64,000 bases of DNA from Nitrospirota bacterium (GTDB taxonomy: Bacteria; Nitrospirota; Nitrospiria; 2-01-FULL-66-17). The DNA lies in assembly GCA_049325335.1 (NCBI GenBank), contig JBMOMC010000007.1, forward strand, positions 362,398 to 426,397. The letters are read 5' to 3'. How positions within the stretch are numbered: the stretch's first letter is position 1; each line of letters starts with the position of its first letter. Below the pieces are notes generated by a model. The model had not been told where the DNA came from, searched no databases, and saw only the letters and a list, made by a program, of their open reading frames with translations. Positions 60,001 to 64,000 of the stretch are shown piece after piece. A program made the translations under genes and the position numbers.

Positions 60001-63000
60001 CAGGCATAGCCGAACGCCACGGCCTCGGCCTGCTGGTCGCCATCGACATCGGCGATCAGGACGTTCTGATAGCTGTTAAAGGCCGCCCCGAACCGCTCTT
60101 GGTAGAGGAGGGTGCCGGTTGTTCCGTCAAAGATCCGGAAATACCCGTTGGTGTTGAACAGGACCTCGGGGCGCCCGTCCCCATTGAGATCAAAGACCGT
60201 GGGGGCCGCGTAGAATCCGTCACCGACTCCCTGGTTGTAGGGGATCGAGAATGTCGTTTGGACCTGCCCGTCCCGATCCAGCACAAAATAGCGATCCAAG
60301 CCCATCACGCCGATGTCGGCCCGGCCATCGCCATCGAAATCCGCCACCACCGGCGGCCCGCCCAATCCCCCGGTTTGGGCCGTGGGCTCCAGGGCCCGCA
60401 AGGAGACGGGTCCCCACTTCAGGCTTCCGCCATGCTCCACAAGATAGACTTTGCCGCCCGCCGGTTGTCCCGGCACCGCGTTCGACGTCACCACCACGAG
60501 TTCGGGTTGGGGATCGTCATCGAATTGGCCCACGGCGTTGATCCCGTCGGGCACGCCACCCACCCGCCACAGAATCGTACAGTCGGCCCGATAGGCGGTG
60601 TGGCCGGCCACGATCTCCTGGCGGCCATCGCCGTCCAGATCGGCGACGATCGGGGCATACCAGTTGCCATACCAGCTTAGTCCGCTGTCGACAAATGACT
60701 CTTTGGCGCAGCGGATCGTGCCGTCCGCGTTGACCACGGTCGCCCCCATGACGATCTCAGGCCGCCCGTCGGCATCCAGGTCGGCCAGCAGCGGGGCGCC
60801 GTGGGCGTTCAGGGTCGCCGTATGCCGGAAGTCCGCCTGATTCCACGCGGTGACCATCGCCTGGTTATCCCACTTCAACGTGCCATCGTGTTCGAACGCG
60901 AGCAGCCCCACATTCCCGATCTTCGGCATCACGAACTCGGGCCGGCCATCCCCATCGAGATCGCCGGCTGCGAGGGAGCCGATGTAATACGGCGCATGGG
61001 CGGGATCGCGTACGCCAAAGAGTTGGGCTCCGGTGTCGCCGCGCAGCGCCCGGACCATCCCGCGTCCCTGCGCATCGCCGCTCGCGATGAACGTGAGGTC
61101 GGGGATGTCGTCGCCATCAGTCCGCCCATCGCCGTTGTCGTCGGTCAGACTGGTGATGGCCGGGGGCATGGTGATCAGGCTCGCGTTCGGATCGGCGGCG
61201 ACGGACCCGCGCCACGTCCACTTGACCACCGGCTGGATCGGCTGGGTGGGGCGGACTTCGCAATCGGCGCCCGAGCGCAGGGCGTTGTTGGTCTCATCGG
61301 TCTCGGCCAGGGCATCGTGGGCATCCACCAGCACGTGCAGCGGCGCGTCCAGGAAGCGCACCGCTCCGGTCAAGGGCACGGTCACGAGGGTCGCGCCCTC
61401 GGGCCAGAGGGTTTGGCTGGCGTCCGCGGTGCCCAAGAGGGTATCCACCCCCGCGGTATAGCGACGATCGAAATCCGCGTCGTCGAAGATGAGCACGGAC
61501 GACGGGGTGGTGATCTTGGCGTCACCCTTGTTTTGGATCGTCACCTGCACGCTGCCGCCGATGCCCAAGGTCTGACCATTCGTCGTCGCGCCGTCCACGT
61601 CCAGTGTGATCGGAACCAGGTCTGGACCCAGAATCTCCCCGGGGGCTTTGATCCGCAGCGAACGCATGGCCTGATTATTGGCCTCGTCCAACTCCGTGAC
61701 CTGGCCATCCGAGTCCGCCACCACGTAGAAGCGATAGGTCCGCGCCTCGGCGGTGAAGGAATAGGTCAGCGTCGTGGTCGCATCCCCCAGCAGATTCGAC
61801 ACCGGAGCGGTCTGCAGCAACACCCCGCCCGCCGCCAGATCGCCGTCGTAGAGCGCGATATCGAATGGGCCGGTCTGGCGGATACCCAGGTTGCGCACGG
61901 TGGCCGTGAAGGTCACGAGGTCGCCGATGACCGGTCGGCTGGGCGTGAACACCAGGTCCGTGGCCGACACCATGAGGTCCACCAAATCCGGCATGATGCG
62001 CAGGACCGCCTGGTTGTTGGTCTCCTTGATCTCCACGAGTTGGTTGGTGCGGTCCAACACCACATAGAGATCGTGAATGCCCGCGGTCGCGGTCCAGGTG
62101 GCCACAAGGCTTTGCTCTTCGCCGGGGGCCAGGGGCCGTGTGGCGCTCGTGAGCAAGACCCCGCCCGATTCCGGCGCGCCGTTGAACAACTCGACGAGCA
62201 CATTGGCGGCGGCTTCGGTCCCTTCGTTGCGAAAGCGCGTCGTGATCTGCACGGTCTCGCCACTTTGCGGTCGGGCCGGGGTCAACGTGATGTCCATCGG
62301 CGTGATAGCCAAGTCTGCGGCCATTGGCGTGGCGCCGACCTGCACCGTGACCGAGGCCTGGTTGTTGGTCTCGGATGGCTCCGTCACCTGGTTGGTGGAG
62401 TCCGCGACGACATAGAGCGTGTGTGCCACCGCCGACGTCAGCGTCACGCCCACCGTGCTCGTCCGGCTCCCTGCCCCGCTCACCCCCGACAGTTCCTGCG
62501 TGGTCAGCAACGCGCCACCCGCCACCGGATCGCCGTCGTACACGGCCACGGTCAGCGGGCCTGTGCTCGCTTCGCCCAGGTTGCGCACGGTGTATTCCAA
62601 CGCAAAGGCCACACCGGGCGCAGGGGTGAAGGTTGACGGCACGAGGTCCGCGGTGAAGACTGCCAGATCCGGCGGCGTCGCCACCCAGAGGCGGCCGGAG
62701 GTCAGGTTGTCGGCCTCGGACGTTTCGGCAATAGCGTTGGCGGGATCGGCCTGGACGAAGATGGTGCGGCCGCCGGTACCAGTAAAGGTGTGCGTGATCG
62801 AGACCGGCGCGGAACCGCCTGACGGAATCGACACGATCACTTGGTCGGTCCCAATCGGCACGCCGCCCGCGTTGGGGTCGCCGAGGAAGAAGCGGACCAC
62901 CACGTTGGTGGCGTCTTGGAGGCCGGTGTTGCGGATCGTGGTCTGCAGCGTGGCGGATTCGGCCTCCTGCGGATTGAGGGGCGTGGAGCTCACCGCCGAC

Positions 63001-63866
63001 ATCACGATTGATAGATTCGGCCGAACTTCGGCCAAGGCACGAATCGCCAACGCGGTCGAGTAGGCATCATCCACCCAGCTCCCGTTTGGCAACTGGGTGG
63101 AGAGCAGATAATTCATCGCCGCGATGGGCTTGGCCACGTCAACCGGATGGCGCAACAGGGCTCGAAGGGCGACTGCCGTCTCGAACGCGGTTCCCGACGG
63201 AGCCCCAAAACTCCCGTCGCCGTTCTGATGGCTGAGGAGAAAATTCGTCGCGGCCTGAGTGGTAGCCGTCAGTTGAAACGTCTGCTGAAACTCATACAGC
63301 ACGAGCACCGCCTGCGCGGTATAGAACCCCTCGCTCGGCATGCCCCGCGCCGCCCCCCACCCGCCGTCAGCGTTCTGCGCATCCAACAGGTAGCCCAATG
63401 CCCGGGCGACCGTAGTCGAATCGGCCGCTCCGGCCGTGGTCAGCGCATCCAGCGCCGAAAGGGTGTCCACCACTTCGTCGGGGAAGGTCTTCTCCAAATC
63501 AAGCCCCCACCCGCCTCCGACTTGTTGGGCGCCTTTCAATGTGGCCACAAGTGCGGCGACATCGGCTCCAGCGGCAGCCTGGACGTTGAGCTGATGGGAC
63601 AGCCCGTCGATGCTGTCCGTCGGCTGTGAAGCTAAGAACTGCAGGCCGGCGGCGATGGCCGGACTCGCCGGGCTCGTTGCCTGCAACGCACGGGTGGCGA
63701 CCCCGGTGGTGGGGACGATGGAGTTCAACGAGGCGACCGTAGTGGGCCAACTACCGTCAACGCTCTGTGCGGACTCAAGGTAAAAGACACCAGCGGTAAC
63801 CGCAGCCTCTTGGCCAAATGCACTACTCACATACCAGGCCACCTGCGCAAGGATCGCAAATGCCAT
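57027..63866 (-). CDS. Giant secreted multidomain protein: prenyltransferase/QW-repeat barrel, 8 CARDB, FG-GAP propeller, Ig-like and PKD domains
   Basis: Five Q..[DN/G]G.[WF] motifs; repeated PDL...N.G...D..N.I.E..E.NN; many DxDGDG loops; NSAPVANAGPDQ PKD start. Confidence 0.9.
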   Translation of the reverse strand: MAFAILAQVAWYVSSAFGQEAAVTAGVFYLESAQSVDGSWPTTVASLNSIVPTTGVATRALQATSPASPAIAAGLQFLASQPTDSIDGLSHQLNVQAAAGADVAALVATLKGAQQVGGGWGLDLEKTFPDEVVDTLSALDALTTAGAADSTTVARALGYLLDAQNADGGWGAARGMPSEGFYTAQAVLVLYEFQQTFQLTATTQAATNFLLSHQNGDGSFGAPSGTAFETAVALRALLRHPVDVAKPIAAMNYLLSTQLPNGSWVDDAYSTALAIRALAEVRPNLSIVMSAVSSTPLNPQEAESATLQTTIRNTGLQDATNVVVRFFLGDPNAGGVPIGTDQVIVSIPSGGSAPVSITHTFTGTGGRTIFVQADPANAIAETSEADNLTSGRLWVATPPDLAVFTADLVPSTFTPAPGVAFALEYTVRNLGEASTGPLTVAVYDGDPVAGGALLTTQELSGVSGAGSRTSTVGVTLTSAVAHTLYVVADSTNQVTEPSETNNQASVTVQVGATPMAADLAITPMDITLTPARPQSGETVQITTRFRNEGTEAAANVLVELFNGAPESGGVLLTSATRPLAPGEEQSLVATWTATAGIHDLYVVLDRTNQLVEIKETNNQAVLRIMPDLVDLMVSATDLVFTPSRPVIGDLVTFTATVRNLGIRQTGPFDIALYDGDLAAGGVLLQTAPVSNLLGDATTTLTYSFTAEARTYRFYVVADSDGQVTELDEANNQAMRSLRIKAPGEILGPDLVPITLDVDGATTNGQTLGIGGSVQVTIQNKGDAKITTPSSVLIFDDADFDRRYTAGVDTLLGTADASQTLWPEGATLVTVPLTGAVRFLDAPLHVLVDAHDALAETDETNNALRSGADCEVRPTQPIQPVVKWTWRGSVAADPNASLITMPPAITSLTDDNGDGRTDGDDIPDLTFIASGDAQGRGMVRALRGDTGAQLFGVRDPAHAPYYIGSLAAGDLDGDGRPEFVMPKIGNVGLLAFEHDGTLKWDNQAMVTAWNQADFRHTATLNAHGAPLLADLDADGRPEIVMGATVVNADGTIRCAKESFVDSGLSWYGNWYAPIVADLDGDGRQEIVAGHTAYRADCTILWRVGGVPDGINAVGQFDDDPQPELVVVTSNAVPGQPAGGKVYLVEHGGSLKWGPVSLRALEPTAQTGGLGGPPVVADFDGDGRADIGVMGLDRYFVLDRDGQVQTTFSIPYNQGVGDGFYAAPTVFDLNGDGRPEVLFNTNGYFRIFDGTTGTLLYQERFGAAFNSYQNVLIADVDGDQQAEAVAFGYAWAPGAGQGDGLRVYGSATHDWVNARRIWHQPSYHVTDVNDDGTIPRYEAPSWLTNNSYRVQAPVGSPTNPYLAANLTASYLRAVQTSAGVTLTVRVGNGGAIAAASGAPVAFYDGDPAAGGVLLGTGQTTRALAPGEFQDMVFTWTGATTGSHTIVALIDPAATRMDCDLADNRASLTTTIAPILPDLAVTNGDVQALGPLTEGRFIPVRVTVHNVGGADAAGTTVRLTLGDPTQGGIELGRMALPAIAAGATGVVDFTWDSLGATGTNYLYAQVDPDGVISDATRTNHTALTVVSMTTPAQPDLTITQVTVSSATIPEGQPLTVTAQVMNRGTDVGGAQVALFLGDPNTGGISLGTQTIPTILGHGQTTPVTWSVDTLGRSGSHHLVALADPGATIPESDEANNRATANVTVLPSGLAAVVSTDQPSGSANAAVSIAATLYNSGPARTVELDVVIEDTAGVVVQTVATRSGLVLADHETRVITDLAFNTGTTFAGPYRVLARAREAGAVVAEAASAFTIVPVVQAETRLVADKQAYSSHETVTLTTTVTSQSPNHVLTGVTAVITVTDPSSVVVLSETRSLPDLLPGARIELKSFWDTAVQIAGLYSASVSVQSADGLSAASQSAFEILSSAAQAAALAGTIDVTPRSIVETEHTTITYTVQNIGNEIDLPLIQVDVLVVDPDTEQAVRTLPGEASLNGREVYQTVVAFDSVGLPPKAYLLVLRGTTAGVTQALGSAGLTITPSPNSAPVANAGPDQVGYVGQSMALDGTASSDPNGDTLTYAWRIVTVPTGSQVTTASLANATSPTPAFVPDMPGTYELGLIVHDGTVPSPEDRVFVFITPPLDVDVHPETLNLKSHGGSKSVTVELASRVLSSFAPLTAADGVTVTATFALTIQYVDALGQTVVFTIPNENYPGDDRVEAEDDDRCGTADEYELTLKFARSAIVAGFTDAQGNLRITQATTVTATLLGNGLVLGHDTLRVLPPRSHPR

Positions 63867-64000
63867 TGTGCTGAAGAGTCAATCCCATTTTTAGTTGAGA
63901 TTCGATCGCGGCTCCTGTGTGATCCCTATGCTGCGTGCACGGTGGTCTCGGTGGCCGAGGCCGCTCGCCGGAGCAAGGCGGCCCGCAACTGGGGCAAGGC

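Noticed and set aside
61035..61045. RGD tripeptide in the giant protein
   Set aside because: One occurrence in 2279 aa of a GC-rich gene is expected by chance
63020..63810. Squalene-hopene cyclase call for the giant protein
   Set aside because: Single barrel, exported, no DxDD catalytic motif; only the structural QW repeats are shared
1..64000. CRISPR array, cas genes, rRNA, prophage, retron or DGR
   Set aside because: No regularly spaced repeats, reverse transcriptase motifs, phage structural genes or rRNA-like sequence seen

Overview
High-GC bacterial chromosomal window, most consistent with a Nitrospirota lineage (gene order, SmbP, NXR-cluster-type cytochrome c; this placement is inference). 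Most of it is minus-strand housekeeping: pheA-hisC-aroF-tyrA-aroA-cmk-plsC; gcvH-lpdA-tyrS; pal-cpoB-mutL-miaA-mtnP-pfkB-TPR-rodZ; nadA-DUF2905-spoIID-queA-SPOR; ilvBNC-psd-pssA-leuA-leuB-asd; plus tRNA-Thr(CGT) and tRNA-Leu(CAG). Accessory and unusual parts: (i) a ~2.9 kb island at tRNA-Thr with no integrase, carrying higBA and an rve transposase, whose displaced tRNA 3' half has a precise 60-bp hairpin inserted in the T-loop; (ii) a PrsK/PrsR two-component system and, about 29 kb away, a PEP-CTERM gene with a sigma54 + IHF + enhancer promoter; (iii) an accessory patch (DUF4139 protein, cytochrome c, Phd-VapC, ArsM, 1-Cys peroxiredoxin); (iv) 8-mer G-rich/C-rich repeat elements at three gene junctions, partly translated; (v) a 2279-aa secreted QW-barrel/CARDB/FG-GAP/PKD protein. 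No CRISPR array, rRNA or prophage was seen. All calls come from motif recognition by eye; no database searches were run.
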